DNA from: Patescibacteria group bacterium
GTDB taxonomy: Bacteria; Patescibacteriota; Patescibacteriia; Veblenbacterales; UBA10138
Assembly: GCA_018817715.1 (NCBI GenBank)
Contig: JAHITT010000006.1
Span: 11,147-75,146, forward strand
Reading direction: 5' to 3'
DNA: 64,000 nt
Part shown: piece after piece, positions 10,251 through 20,386 of the stretch
Numbering within the stretch: position 1 is the first letter of the stretch
Layout of the letters: each line of letters starts with the position of its first letter
Made by a program: the position numbers and the translations under genes
Notes under the pieces: generated by a model
The model's database searches: none
Told to the model about the DNA's origin: nothing
What the model saw: the letters and a program-made list of their open reading frames with translations, nothing else

Positions 10251-11297
10251 ATGTTTAATTATCCAAGAAATTTTTTTTATCTGTTTTTATTTATATGTTT
10301 GTTGTTAGGTGGCGCTTCCTGCGGTTTAAAGGTTACTAGTAAGGTGTCGGGGGGTGTTTATGTTTCTGATAATCAAGGGACTAGTTGGCAGGTAAAATCT
10401 TATATTGGTAAACAAAAAAATAAGGATATAACTTTACAAAATAATAGTATTAAACAAATAATTTTTAACCAGTCGGATACTAAAATTATTTATGCTATTA
10501 GTGAGGGCAAATTAGCTGGTTTGTTTAAAACTTCTGACCAGGGAGTTAATTGGCAGGTGGTAGTAACTGGTCAATTGAACGGTTTGGCCCTGCAACCTAA
10601 AAATGACCAAGTTATTTATGCTATTTCGGATAGTAAGGTGGCTCGCAGTAAGGATGGGGGGGAGGCTTGGGTGGAGGTTTATTTAGAAACAACTAAAGAC
10701 GTTAAACTTAATCAAATAGCCGTTGATAGTTTTAATCCAGAGGTAGTTTATGTAGGAAACGACAAAGGAGTAATTTTGCTTAGCCAAGATCAAGGGACTA
10801 GTTGGCAGCAGGTTCATTATTTAACTGGTGGTTTAGCCCACTTGATTGTAAAAAATAATATTATTTATGCTTCTCAGCCATCGGGCAAGTTGTGGCGTTC
10901 TTATGACCGGGGAAAGAATTGGGAAGATTTAACAACTAATCTGCGCCGAGAAATAAAAGGTAATTTAGGTTCAGCTCGGGCTTTAGTTTTTTTACCCGAG
11001 TCTGATAAAGCTTTACTTTATGCTACTAACTATGGTTTAAGTCGTAGTTTAGATGGTGGGCAAAATTGGGACAACCTTAAATTGGTTACTTCGTCTGGTA
11101 GTATTGCTATAACTGCTTTGGCCGTTGGGCCTTTGAACGGCCGACAGATATATTACACCAGTGATCAGGCTTTTTATCGCTCCAGTGATGCTGGTGTAAC
11201 TTGGGAAACTTTAGCTTTGCCCATTAGCGCCCGACCTTTGAATTTAGCAGTTTCGCCCCAGAATAATAATTTAATATTTATGGGTTTTAATCGTTAA
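10251..11297 (+). CDS. BNR/Asp-box repeat beta-propeller lipoprotein (YCF48/VPS10-like)
   Basis: Signal peptide ending GASC; repeated S-x-D-x-G-x-x-W motifs. Confidence 0.8.
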   Translation: MFNYPRNFFYLFLFICLLLGGASCGLKVTSKVSGGVYVSDNQGTSWQVKSYIGKQKNKDITLQNNSIKQIIFNQSDTKIIYAISEGKLAGLFKTSDQGVNWQVVVTGQLNGLALQPKNDQVIYAISDSKVARSKDGGEAWVEVYLETTKDVKLNQIAVDSFNPEVVYVGNDKGVILLSQDQGTSWQQVHYLTGGLAHLIVKNNIIYASQPSGKLWRSYDRGKNWEDLTTNLRREIKGNLGSARALVFLPESDKALLYATNYGLSRSLDGGQNWDNLKLVTSSGSIAITALAVGPLNGRQIYYTSDQAFYRSSDAGVTWETLALPISARPLNLAVSPQNNNLIFMGFNR

Positions 11298-11307
11298 TTA
11301 TTTATTT

Positions 11308-11862
11308 ATGTCGTTATCAGTTAGTAATTATTTGATAGATTTTGATAAGGTAGTAGAACATTTTAAACAGGAATTAAAATTAATAAGATCGGGCCGAGCT
11401 ATGCCGACTTTGGTAGAAAATATTAAAGTGGAAGCTTATGGAACTTTGACCCCTTTAATAGAATTAGCTTCTATTTCCGCGCCGGAACCTAAATTAATAG
11501 TTATACAACCTTGGGATAAAAGTATTATAAAAGAAGTTGAGAGAAGTTTGCAGTCGGCTAATTTGGGAGCCTCGCCGGTAATTGATGGAGCAATAATTAG
11601 ACTTAATTTTCCACCACTTAATGAAGAAAGGCGCCGGGAAATTGTTAAGTTATTAAATGGTAAATTAGAAGAGGCTAAGGTTGGTGTACGCAATACTCGG
11701 GAACAGGTTTTAAAAGATTTTAAAGCAGCCAAGACTGAAGGTACAGCCACGGAGGATGATTGGTTCCTCGCCCAAAAAGAATTACAAAAAACTGTTGATG
11801 ATTATAATGATAAATTAAAAAATTTATCAGCCGACAAAGAAAAGGAAGTAATGACTATTTAA
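11308..11862 (+). CDS. frr: ribosome recycling factor
   Basis: IRSGRA, IQPWDK, FPPLNEERRRE. Confidence 0.95.
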   Translation: MSLSVSNYLIDFDKVVEHFKQELKLIRSGRAMPTLVENIKVEAYGTLTPLIELASISAPEPKLIVIQPWDKSIIKEVERSLQSANLGASPVIDGAIIRLNFPPLNEERRREIVKLLNGKLEEAKVGVRNTREQVLKDFKAAKTEGTATEDDWFLAQKELQKTVDDYNDKLKNLSADKEKEVMTI

Positions 11863-11902
11863 AAAATATTAAAAATTTTAATCGTTAATTATTGTTTATT
11901 TC

Positions 11903-13021
11903 ATGTTGATTACAATTATCGCCGTTATTGGTTTGTTTGCTTTATTGGTTTTGGCACATGAGTGGGGGCATTATATAGCGGCTCGGCGCTTAGGTGTTAA
12001 AGTTACCGAGTTTGGTTTTGGTTTTCCGCCTCGTCTGTGGGCTTACCGGGACAAGGCTCGGCAAATGGACTGGTCTATAAATTTATTGCCTTTGGGTGGT
12101 TTTGTACGCATCAAAGGGGAAGGTGGTGATTTTCGCGAAGAAGTTGATAGTTTTTCTAATCAACCAGCTTGGCGGAGGATAATTATTTTGGTGGCTGGTG
12201 TGGCAATGAATATAATTTTAGCTTATGGGTTGTTAACAGCCGGTTTGATGATTGGCTTACCAACTGCTTTAGAACAAACAGATTTAACCAGTGCTCGGGA
12301 TATTAAAGTACAAATTGTTTCCGTAGAGCCCAATTCAGCGGCTGCTCAAGCTGGTTTACGGCCTGGTGACGCCATTTTACGTGTAGGAGATACTTTGGTA
12401 ACCCAAACAGCCCAGGTGACGGATTACGTGGCTTCTCATAGCAATAGTTCTTTTGAGATTTTTTATCAAAGAGGCGATCAGGAAAAATTAGTATCCATCC
12501 AGCCCCAGGTTTTGGATCAAGCGGTTGGTCGGCCGGTTTTGGGCGTTAGCTTGCTGACGACTGGTACGGTGGCTTATCCGTGGTACCAGGCTTTGTGGCG
12601 GGGCGGACAGGCTACTTATTATTTAACTAGGGAAATAGTTTTTGGTTTTGGGCGATTATTACACGATTTGTTTTTGGGTGGTCGGGTGCCAGCCGATATT
12701 GCTGGACCAGTCGGCATAGCGGTTTTAACCGGTCAGGTAGTGGATTTGGGTTGGATTTATTTACTACAATTTGCTGCTTTGTTATCTATCAACCTGGCTA
12801 TTATTAATATATTTCCTTTTCCAGCTTTGGATGGCGGTCGTTTGTTGTTTGTTTTAATAGAAAAAATTCGTCGTAAAGCTAATGACCAAAAAATAGAAAT
12901 GATCGTACATAACTTAGGTTTTATGTTACTAATGTTGTTGGTGATAGTTATTACTTATCGTGATGTAATGAAATTTGGCGGTGGTATTTTAAAATCTTTA
13001 GGTAGTTTTTGGGGGGCTTAG
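11903..13021 (+). CDS. rseP: RIP metalloprotease RseP (M50, PDZ)
   Basis: HEWGH, GGFVRIKG, NIFPFPALDGG. Confidence 0.93.
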   Translation: MLITIIAVIGLFALLVLAHEWGHYIAARRLGVKVTEFGFGFPPRLWAYRDKARQMDWSINLLPLGGFVRIKGEGGDFREEVDSFSNQPAWRRIIILVAGVAMNIILAYGLLTAGLMIGLPTALEQTDLTSARDIKVQIVSVEPNSAAAQAGLRPGDAILRVGDTLVTQTAQVTDYVASHSNSSFEIFYQRGDQEKLVSIQPQVLDQAVGRPVLGVSLLTTGTVAYPWYQALWRGGQATYYLTREIVFGFGRLLHDLFLGGRVPADIAGPVGIAVLTGQVVDLGWIYLLQFAALLSINLAIINIFPFPALDGGRLLFVLIEKIRRKANDQKIEMIVHNLGFMLLMLLVIVITYRDVMKFGGGILKSLGSFWGA

Positions 13022-13033
13022 CAGGTATAAATT

Positions 13034-14551
13034 ATGAAAAATGATAAGTTTATTATCGCTCGGGAATACGTAGTAAGCTTATTCCCGATTTTTCAGTTAG
13101 CGGATAGTTTTGGTGATTCTATTAAAAAAATAATTGGTACTTCTATTGGTGAATTTGCTGGTCGTCTAGAAGGGCATTCTATATGGTGGATAGCCAGGGA
13201 AAAGGGTTGGTTTCTTGGTCATCAGGCAGTTGTTAGTAGAATAAAAAACAATCCCCAATGGTTTAATAACATTTTGCAGCAAATAGAACAACAAGGTGGA
13301 GCTTTAGGTAGGTTATCTAAGAATTTAGCTAAGGGTCGCCTGGATAAAATTTCTAATCGGGAATTAGCTAATCGTTACTTGAATTTTTCTCAAAAGAATA
13401 CTCATTTATACGACTTAGGTTTGGTTTGTTCTTTGTTGGATTATCAGAATAATACTTATTTAAGTGATTCGGTTAATGGTATTTTATCTAAGAAATTATT
13501 AATTAAAAATATAAGCGAAGTTTTTACTCTGCTGACCACTTCTAGCCGGTTATGGCCCGATAAAGAACAGGAATTAAAATTGGTTGGAATCTATAAAAAA
13601 ATTATAACTCGTAAAATTTTAAAAGAACTTTTATTAGCCAAGAGTAGTTCAGATTTTTTATTAGATCTTTGGAAGATTGATAAGGATATTTATCATCTTT
13701 TGGTTAAACATGGTGATCGCTATGCTTATTTGACCTATGTTTATGAGGGGCCAGCTGTTGGTTTGGATTTTTATATTGATATTATGAAGAACTGGTTACT
13801 TAATAAATTAAAACCAGTTGATCTAAAGAAAAAGCAAACTAAGGATAAAAATAAATTAATTAAGGAACAAAAAAAATTATTAAGTAAGTTAAAATTATCA
13901 GCCGAAGAATTAGTTTTGATTAAATTTGCTCAGAAGGTTTCTTTTGTTAAGCCTTATCGTCGATTATTACAAAGCCAAGCTTATTATTATTTTGAACCTG
14001 TTTTGGCAGAAGTAGCTCGTCGATTGAATTTAACTTTAAGGCAAGTTCGTTATTTATTACCTCAGGAGGTCCAGAAAGGTTTATTAGTAGGTCGAGTATC
14101 GGTTGATTTAGTTAATACTAGAATTAAATCATGTGTCTATATTAACTTTAATGGTCAGAAGAGATTATTAATTGGTCGGTCAGCAATTAATTTTTGGAAA
14201 ACTGTTAAAAAAGAGCAAGAATTTATTAATCTTAAAAAAATTAAAGGTTCAACCGCTTATCCAGGAAAAATAAGCGGCCGGGTAGTTTTAGTTAATATGC
14301 CGGCTGATATGGTTAATATGAAATTAGGTGATATTTTAGTATCTTCAGCCACTAGCCCTAATCTTATGCCAGCTATTAGAAAGGCTGGTGCCATAGTGAC
14401 TGATGAAGGTGGTATAACCTGTCATGCAGCGATAGTCAGCCGAGAATTAAAAATACCTTGTTTGATTGGCACTAAAATAGCCACCAAAGTTTTAAAAACA
14501 GGTGACAAGGTTTTAGTTAATGCTACTGCAGGCGTGGTTTATAAAAAATAA
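13034..14551 (+). CDS. PEP-utilizing swivel (phospho-His) domain protein, paralogue 1
   Basis: C-terminal TDEGGITCHAAIVSRELKIP; about 400 aa helical N-terminal region; no ATP-grasp or PEP-binding barrel. Confidence 0.88.
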   Translation: MKNDKFIIAREYVVSLFPIFQLADSFGDSIKKIIGTSIGEFAGRLEGHSIWWIAREKGWFLGHQAVVSRIKNNPQWFNNILQQIEQQGGALGRLSKNLAKGRLDKISNRELANRYLNFSQKNTHLYDLGLVCSLLDYQNNTYLSDSVNGILSKKLLIKNISEVFTLLTTSSRLWPDKEQELKLVGIYKKIITRKILKELLLAKSSSDFLLDLWKIDKDIYHLLVKHGDRYAYLTYVYEGPAVGLDFYIDIMKNWLLNKLKPVDLKKKQTKDKNKLIKEQKKLLSKLKLSAEELVLIKFAQKVSFVKPYRRLLQSQAYYYFEPVLAEVARRLNLTLRQVRYLLPQEVQKGLLVGRVSVDLVNTRIKSCVYINFNGQKRLLIGRSAINFWKTVKKEQEFINLKKIKGSTAYPGKISGRVVLVNMPADMVNMKLGDILVSSATSPNLMPAIRKAGAIVTDEGGITCHAAIVSRELKIPCLIGTKIATKVLKTGDKVLVNATAGVVYKK

Positions 14552-14553
14552 TT

Positions 14554-16101
14554 ATGGCTATTATTTGGTGTAAAAATTTTGAAATACCTAGAGTGGATTT
14601 AAATATCTGTAGTGAATCGGCTATAGGTTTTCATACCTTACAATCCAAAACAGTCGGCCGGAATATAATTAACGAATCAATTTGGGTTTTTAAAAATTTG
14701 GACAATATTGGAACATATTTTTTCAAAAGACAATTAAGAAAAATAATAGAAAAAACCTTAAGTATTATTATAAATCAACCTGGCAAAATTGATATTCTTC
14801 ACCAAAAAACTATTCTTTATAATAAAAAATATTATATTTTTGCGGAAAAAATAAGAAAATTATCCTTAAAAAAGTTAACTACTAAACAACTTTTGTCTTG
14901 GCATAAAAAGCTTTTCTATTGGCAATATTTAAGCCATGGTTATAGTTTACCTACTACCTGGTTTGTGGATTCTGATGGTGAGGATCTTACCAAACATCTT
15001 ACAAGATTAATAAAAATGCGGATTGAGGAATTAGGTTTAACTTTATCATCGGCCGTAGTTTTTAGTAAATTAACAACTCCCACCAAACAGTCTTTGGCTC
15101 AGAAGGAGGAGTTAGAATCTTTAGCTATTTTAAAGTTAATAAAGAAACATAAATCTTTGGCTAAGAAATTATCTTATTTAAAAAAAACTACGAGCCTGTT
15201 AAGTTGGCTGGAGAGCTGCCCGAAAGCGTTAAATAAAGTTATTATAAAACATTATAAAAAATGGTGTTGGTTTCCTTATACTTATTTAGGGCCCGCTTAC
15301 TCCTTAGATTATTATTTGCAGGTTTGGCAGGGATTATTAAGAGAAAGGGTAAATTCAGATAGAGAGATTGCTAAAATAATAAGCCAATCAAAAAAGGCTC
15401 AAACAAAAAGAAGCCAGTTATTAAAAATTTTGAAGCCAGGTAACCACTTAAAACACCTGTTAATCATAGCTTCTGATATTGTTTGGCTTAAGGGTTATCG
15501 TAAGGATTGTTATTATCATGGTTTTTATGTTTTGGATATCTTATTAGCGGAGATTGCCCGGCGAACTAATTTATCTTTGTTACAAGTAAAATATTTATTA
15601 CCAGAAGAGTTGCCACTTTTATTGTTAGATAATAATAAAGATTGGGCGGATCTAGCCAATCAGCGGATGAAATTTTCTGTTTTATATCATAAAGATAGCC
15701 AGGTTAAAATTTTAGTAGGTAAAAAGGCTAAACAGTTTTTAAGTAAACGAAAATTTGAAAAAATATCAATTAAAAAAACTAAAGAAATATTGGGTACCTG
15801 CGCTTGTCCGGGTCAAGTTAGTGGTCGAGTTTGCTTAGTTAATATTCCAGCTGATATGGTAAAAATGAAAAAAGGGGACATTATGGTGTCTCACACTACT
15901 TACCCTGCTTTGATACCAGCCATGAAACTAGCGGCTGGTTTAATTACAGAAGATGGTGGGGTAACTTGCCATGCGGCTATAGTAGCCAGAGAGCTACAAA
16001 TTCCTTGTGTAGTTGGTACCAAAATAGCAGCTCAAGTTTTAAAAGATGGTGATAGAGTTGAAGTTCAAGCGGAGCAGGGGATAATTAAAGTCATTAAATA
16101 A
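14554..16101 (+). CDS. PEP-utilizing swivel domain protein, paralogue 2
   Basis: TEDGGVTCHAAIVARELQIP. Confidence 0.88.
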   Translation: MAIIWCKNFEIPRVDLNICSESAIGFHTLQSKTVGRNIINESIWVFKNLDNIGTYFFKRQLRKIIEKTLSIIINQPGKIDILHQKTILYNKKYYIFAEKIRKLSLKKLTTKQLLSWHKKLFYWQYLSHGYSLPTTWFVDSDGEDLTKHLTRLIKMRIEELGLTLSSAVVFSKLTTPTKQSLAQKEELESLAILKLIKKHKSLAKKLSYLKKTTSLLSWLESCPKALNKVIIKHYKKWCWFPYTYLGPAYSLDYYLQVWQGLLRERVNSDREIAKIISQSKKAQTKRSQLLKILKPGNHLKHLLIIASDIVWLKGYRKDCYYHGFYVLDILLAEIARRTNLSLLQVKYLLPEELPLLLLDNNKDWADLANQRMKFSVLYHKDSQVKILVGKKAKQFLSKRKFEKISIKKTKEILGTCACPGQVSGRVCLVNIPADMVKMKKGDIMVSHTTYPALIPAMKLAAGLITEDGGVTCHAAIVARELQIPCVVGTKIAAQVLKDGDRVEVQAEQGIIKVIK

Positions 16102-16105
16102 AGAT

Positions 16106-17632
16106 ATGGCTAAATCTAAAATAAATTGGTTTTTGATAAATGAAAATTATGGGGCTAATTTATGTCCTTATATTTTTCATTTTGATGCTGATTATCACTT
16201 ATTCAAAAAAATATTGGGTCGGGGTATGAATTATCAAGGAGTAGGCACGGCCAAAGGTTTTTTGCGTCAAACTTATGATTTAACAGATTATAATAATTTT
16301 GCTGCTTTTGTATTTTTAAAATTAAAAAATGACAAAAAGTTTGCCCGAAAAATGCTTAAGAATATTTTTAAGGTCACTGGAAGTTTTCTTAAATTTAACA
16401 GGGAACTTTTGTCTCAAGATTTAAAAGATCTTACCGCCAGACAGTTAGTTGGTTTATTTAGAAAATTTTATGATAAGTTTGGCTTAATGAGTGCTTGGAG
16501 CGTGCCATTTGCTTTTACTGAGTACGGTACACCTTTATGGTCTAACAGTTTGTTAGAATATATTAACAGTAAAAAATTGTCGGTTGGAATGAGCGTTCAA
16601 GAAGTTTATCAATTATTAGTAGATACCAATAAAAAAACCTTTACAGCTTTAGAAAAAGAAAGTCTGTTAAGGTTAGCGACTATGGTAGTTAAGTCAAAAG
16701 GACTTAAAAAAGTTTTTAATCAGCCCATAAGCCAGATGAAGAAAATTTTGCAATCTGATTATCCATTATTTTATAAATACTTACACACCCATTATGTTAG
16801 TTTTAAATGGATAAATTTTGGCTTCGAAGGGCCAGTTTTAGATGAATTTTATTTTTTATCAGTTATTAAGGACTGGGTTTTTAATAAGAAGCCAGTTGAA
16901 GAGACAGTCAAGCGCAAAAAATACTTAGCTAGCTTAAAAAGTCGGCAGAATCAATTAATCAAAAAATTAAATATAGACAAAGAACATCAGTGGATGCTTT
17001 GGGTGGTTAGGGAATTTAGTTATCAGAAGGCTTATCGTAAAGATGTAGAATATCACAGCTATTATACTTATGATTTTTTATTAGCCGAATTAGCCAGACG
17101 TTTTGGTATGGCGGTTGATCAGGCACATTATTTATTAATGCCAGAAATAAAGGATATCTTATTGGGTAAGAAAAAAGTTAACATTAATGAACTTAATAAA
17201 AGGATGGAAAATAATTTTTATGTAGTTGTAAAAGGTAAGCCTAAATTGTTAGTTGGTCAGTCGGCGGCTAGGTTTGTTAAATTAATAAAAAAAAGAGATA
17301 AATCTAATAATACTAACAATTTATCTGGGCAATGTGCTTGTCCGGGTAAATATAAGGGAAGAATAAAAGTTATAAAAAATAAATCGGATTATACTAAGTT
17401 TAAAAAAGGTGATATTTTGGTAAGTTATGCCACTAATCCTAACATGGTGTCTTTAATGAAAATGGCTGGAGCTATAATAACGGACGAAGGTGGTGTCACC
17501 TGCCACGCCGCCATTGTTTCCAGAGAGTTGGGAGTTCCTTGTGTAATAGGCACCAGATTTGCCACCCAGGTTTTTAAGGATAATGATTTGGTGGAGGTGG
17601 ATGCCGTTAAGGGTACTGTTAAGAAAATTTAA
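16106..17632 (+). CDS. PEP-utilizing swivel domain protein, paralogue 3
   Basis: TDEGGVTCHAAIVSRELGVP. Confidence 0.88.
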   Translation: MAKSKINWFLINENYGANLCPYIFHFDADYHLFKKILGRGMNYQGVGTAKGFLRQTYDLTDYNNFAAFVFLKLKNDKKFARKMLKNIFKVTGSFLKFNRELLSQDLKDLTARQLVGLFRKFYDKFGLMSAWSVPFAFTEYGTPLWSNSLLEYINSKKLSVGMSVQEVYQLLVDTNKKTFTALEKESLLRLATMVVKSKGLKKVFNQPISQMKKILQSDYPLFYKYLHTHYVSFKWINFGFEGPVLDEFYFLSVIKDWVFNKKPVEETVKRKKYLASLKSRQNQLIKKLNIDKEHQWMLWVVREFSYQKAYRKDVEYHSYYTYDFLLAELARRFGMAVDQAHYLLMPEIKDILLGKKKVNINELNKRMENNFYVVVKGKPKLLVGQSAARFVKLIKKRDKSNNTNNLSGQCACPGKYKGRIKVIKNKSDYTKFKKGDILVSYATNPNMVSLMKMAGAIITDEGGVTCHAAIVSRELGVPCVIGTRFATQVFKDNDLVEVDAVKGTVKKI

Positions 17633-17633
17633 T

Positions 17634-18848
17634 ATGCCTAAATACATAAAGCAATTAACCAGAGAGAATACTTTATTGGATAGGGCTTTTAGGACTATAG
17701 CTTATGCCAAAAGCCTTCCGGAAATAGGTCGGGCTAAAATAAAAAAAAGCCCCATAGTTGGTTTTGGTCGGGTGACTTCTTTGTATTATGATCCAGTGGA
17801 TTACAAAAAACAACAATCTATAATAATGAAAGAATTTTCTGGACAGAATATTAAGGTAATGTCCTATGAAATCATTAAGTATTTAGAGAAGGGTTATATT
17901 TGGGCCAAAAAAGTAAGTAACAACAGATTAACTAAAGCTGATTTGATTGATTTGATAAAAGATTTTAATTATTGCCACGCTCATGCCAGGGGAGCTATTG
18001 TTTATGGTTATTGGGGAGAACCAGTTATAACAAAATTATTAAAAAACAGTCTTAAAGTTAAAAAAGATAAATTAGATGAGATAGTGTCTGTTTTATCAAC
18101 TCCCCATAAAATAGCCGGCCCTTTAAACAAACTACATAAAACTTCTTCGTTTTTGTATCAAAAAAGAAACGAATTGATTAAATCTTTAAAGTTGACAGGT
18201 AGACAAAATGAATTAGTTGAGATTTTATCTTGGTTTACTTTATTTTATGAAATGGGCGAGAGGGTGTCTGGTTCTATATATAGTTTGCTTTTGAAAAAAA
18301 TTAACCAAATTTTAAAAAAAGATAAAATATATAAGGATATTGATTGGTACGATCCTCAATCTTTAATTACATATTTATCTAAAGGGAAAGCATTATCAAA
18401 GAAGGAATTAAGTAGCAGAAAAGTTTGTTATATATTATTTGTTAAAAAGGATGGGCTAAGAGTTATCAGCGGGCAGTCCGCTTTAAGACAATATAATAAA
18501 ATTTTCAAAGAAAAATTTAATACTAACGTTAGTTTGTTAAAAGGCACAGTGGCTTGCGCTGGCAATGCTAAAGGAAAAATTAAAATAGTGATAACCAAAC
18601 AAGATCAAGCGAAATTTAAACCAGGTGATATTTTAATTTCTACTATGACCACACCTAATTTAATGGGTGCCGTTAAAAAGGCTGCGGCTATAGTAACCGA
18701 TGAGGGTGGTATGACTGCTCACGCTGCCATAATTAGCCGAGAATTAAATATTCCTTGTTTGGTAGGTACTAAAGTAGCTACCAAAGTGTTTAAAGATGGA
18801 GATTTGGTGGAAGTAGATGCTAATAATGGTATAATTAAGAAAATTTAG
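17634..18848 (+). CDS. PEP-utilizing swivel domain protein, paralogue 4 (short, 404 aa)
   Basis: TDEGGMTAHAAIISRELNIP; start moved to ATG 17634, one base after the previous stop. Confidence 0.85.
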   Translation: MPKYIKQLTRENTLLDRAFRTIAYAKSLPEIGRAKIKKSPIVGFGRVTSLYYDPVDYKKQQSIIMKEFSGQNIKVMSYEIIKYLEKGYIWAKKVSNNRLTKADLIDLIKDFNYCHAHARGAIVYGYWGEPVITKLLKNSLKVKKDKLDEIVSVLSTPHKIAGPLNKLHKTSSFLYQKRNELIKSLKLTGRQNELVEILSWFTLFYEMGERVSGSIYSLLLKKINQILKKDKIYKDIDWYDPQSLITYLSKGKALSKKELSSRKVCYILFVKKDGLRVISGQSALRQYNKIFKEKFNTNVSLLKGTVACAGNAKGKIKIVITKQDQAKFKPGDILISTMTTPNLMGAVKKAAAIVTDEGGMTAHAAIISRELNIPCLVGTKVATKVFKDGDLVEVDANNGIIKKI

Positions 18849-18852
18849 TCTT

Positions 18853-20379
18853 ATGTCTAAAAAATCATTAAACAATAAAGATGTTTGGATGTTGGCCGAA
18901 GATATTCCGGATATAGATTTATTTTTTGCTCAAATTTGGTTGTCGGCTTTTGTTAATGATATGTCTAAGTCAGTCGGGACTAATTATCAAGAAGTGATGT
19001 GTGTGTTTAAGGGTACCAACATCAAGTTTTATTATAAACAAAAAGACTCAGAAAGGTTTTCTAATCATGTTTTTAATTTAATTAAAAAAAGTCCGGCCTT
19101 TGGAGAAAAAATTAACAAACAAATCAAATTACATACGGATGGGTTGGTGGCTTTGGCGGAAGAAGTCAGGAAAATTAATCTTAAAAAATTAACTAATAAA
19201 GAATTGTGGCAGATTTGGCAAAAACATGATGATATCCATACAGAACTTTATATTTGGGGTTGGTTACCTAATGTTACAGATATGTTTCATAGTAACTTCA
19301 CTCATTATCTGCAATCTTATTTAAACAGTTGTGGGGTTGAAGAAGATTTAATTAATGAATATTTGGTAGTATTAACTAATCCTTCGGCCAAAAGCGTTAT
19401 AAATCAGGAAAGGGAGGAATTCTTAAAATTAGTTGAAGAAATAAAAAAGGTTAAGGCTTTTAAAAAACTTCTTAAATTATCGCCAAGCCAGTTTATAAAA
19501 AAATTACCACTTAGTCGCCGGGTGTTGCTACAGCGCCATTGGGAAAAGTGGCATCATTTAAAATATAATTTTATTGGACCTAAAGTAACAACCTTGGAAG
19601 AATATGCTGAAGAGATACAAAAATTATTATTAAGCGGGATTAATCCTTATAATTTATTAAAGCAAGAAGTAGAAAAAAGAGTTTTGTCTGTTAAAGAAAA
19701 AAATAAATTATTGGCTAAAATTAAACCAGATAAAAAGCATCTGGCCTTGTTTGAATTATGGGGCCATTTTATGTTGACTAAATTTTATAGGCGAAATGGT
19801 CAAATAAGAGCTGTAGCCATATTTAATAATTTATTAAAAGAAACAGCTAGAAGATTGGGTATTTCTTTATTACAAGTTAGGTTGATGTTGAATAGTCAGG
19901 TTAAACAAGGATTGCTTAATAAGAAGGTTAATAAAAAAACGCTTAAAAAACAGAGTCAGTTGGCTGTTTATTGGAGTGCTAAAAACCGGGAATATTTATA
20001 TATTGGAAATAAAGCACAAAAATTTATTAAGACTATACCGCAGGATGGTAATCATGAGGTCGCCGAGCTTAAAGGGCAGTGTGGTAGTTTAGGTAAAGCT
20101 AGTGGTACAGTTAAGTTAATTTTTAGACCGCGTGATATTCCTAAAATGTCTAAAGGCGACATATTGGTTTCGGCGGCTACTGATCCTGATATTGTGCCGG
20201 CTATGAAATTGGCGGGGGCTATTGTAACGGATCAAGGTGGTGTTACAGCTCATGCCGCCATTGTGGCGCGGGAATTAGGTATTCCGTGTTTAATTGGTAC
20301 CAAAATAGCCACTAAAGTTTTTAAAGATGGAGATAGGGTAGAGGTAGACGCTACCAAAGGGGTGGTTAAAAAGTTATAA
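18853..20379 (+). CDS. PEP-utilizing swivel domain protein, paralogue 5
   Basis: TDQGGVTAHAAIVARELGIP. Confidence 0.88.
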   Translation: MSKKSLNNKDVWMLAEDIPDIDLFFAQIWLSAFVNDMSKSVGTNYQEVMCVFKGTNIKFYYKQKDSERFSNHVFNLIKKSPAFGEKINKQIKLHTDGLVALAEEVRKINLKKLTNKELWQIWQKHDDIHTELYIWGWLPNVTDMFHSNFTHYLQSYLNSCGVEEDLINEYLVVLTNPSAKSVINQEREEFLKLVEEIKKVKAFKKLLKLSPSQFIKKLPLSRRVLLQRHWEKWHHLKYNFIGPKVTTLEEYAEEIQKLLLSGINPYNLLKQEVEKRVLSVKEKNKLLAKIKPDKKHLALFELWGHFMLTKFYRRNGQIRAVAIFNNLLKETARRLGISLLQVRLMLNSQVKQGLLNKKVNKKTLKKQSQLAVYWSAKNREYLYIGNKAQKFIKTIPQDGNHEVAELKGQCGSLGKASGTVKLIFRPRDIPKMSKGDILVSAATDPDIVPAMKLAGAIVTDQGGVTAHAAIVARELGIPCLIGTKIATKVFKDGDRVEVDATKGVVKKL

Positions 20380-20386
20380 TTTATTT

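Noticed and set aside
17559-17633. Upstream starts given for paralogues 4, 7 and 8 (17559, 21903, 24021) and for sufB (30308)
   Set aside because: They run deep into the preceding genes; ATGs at 17634, 21942, 24072 and 30329 fit the tight-coupling pattern
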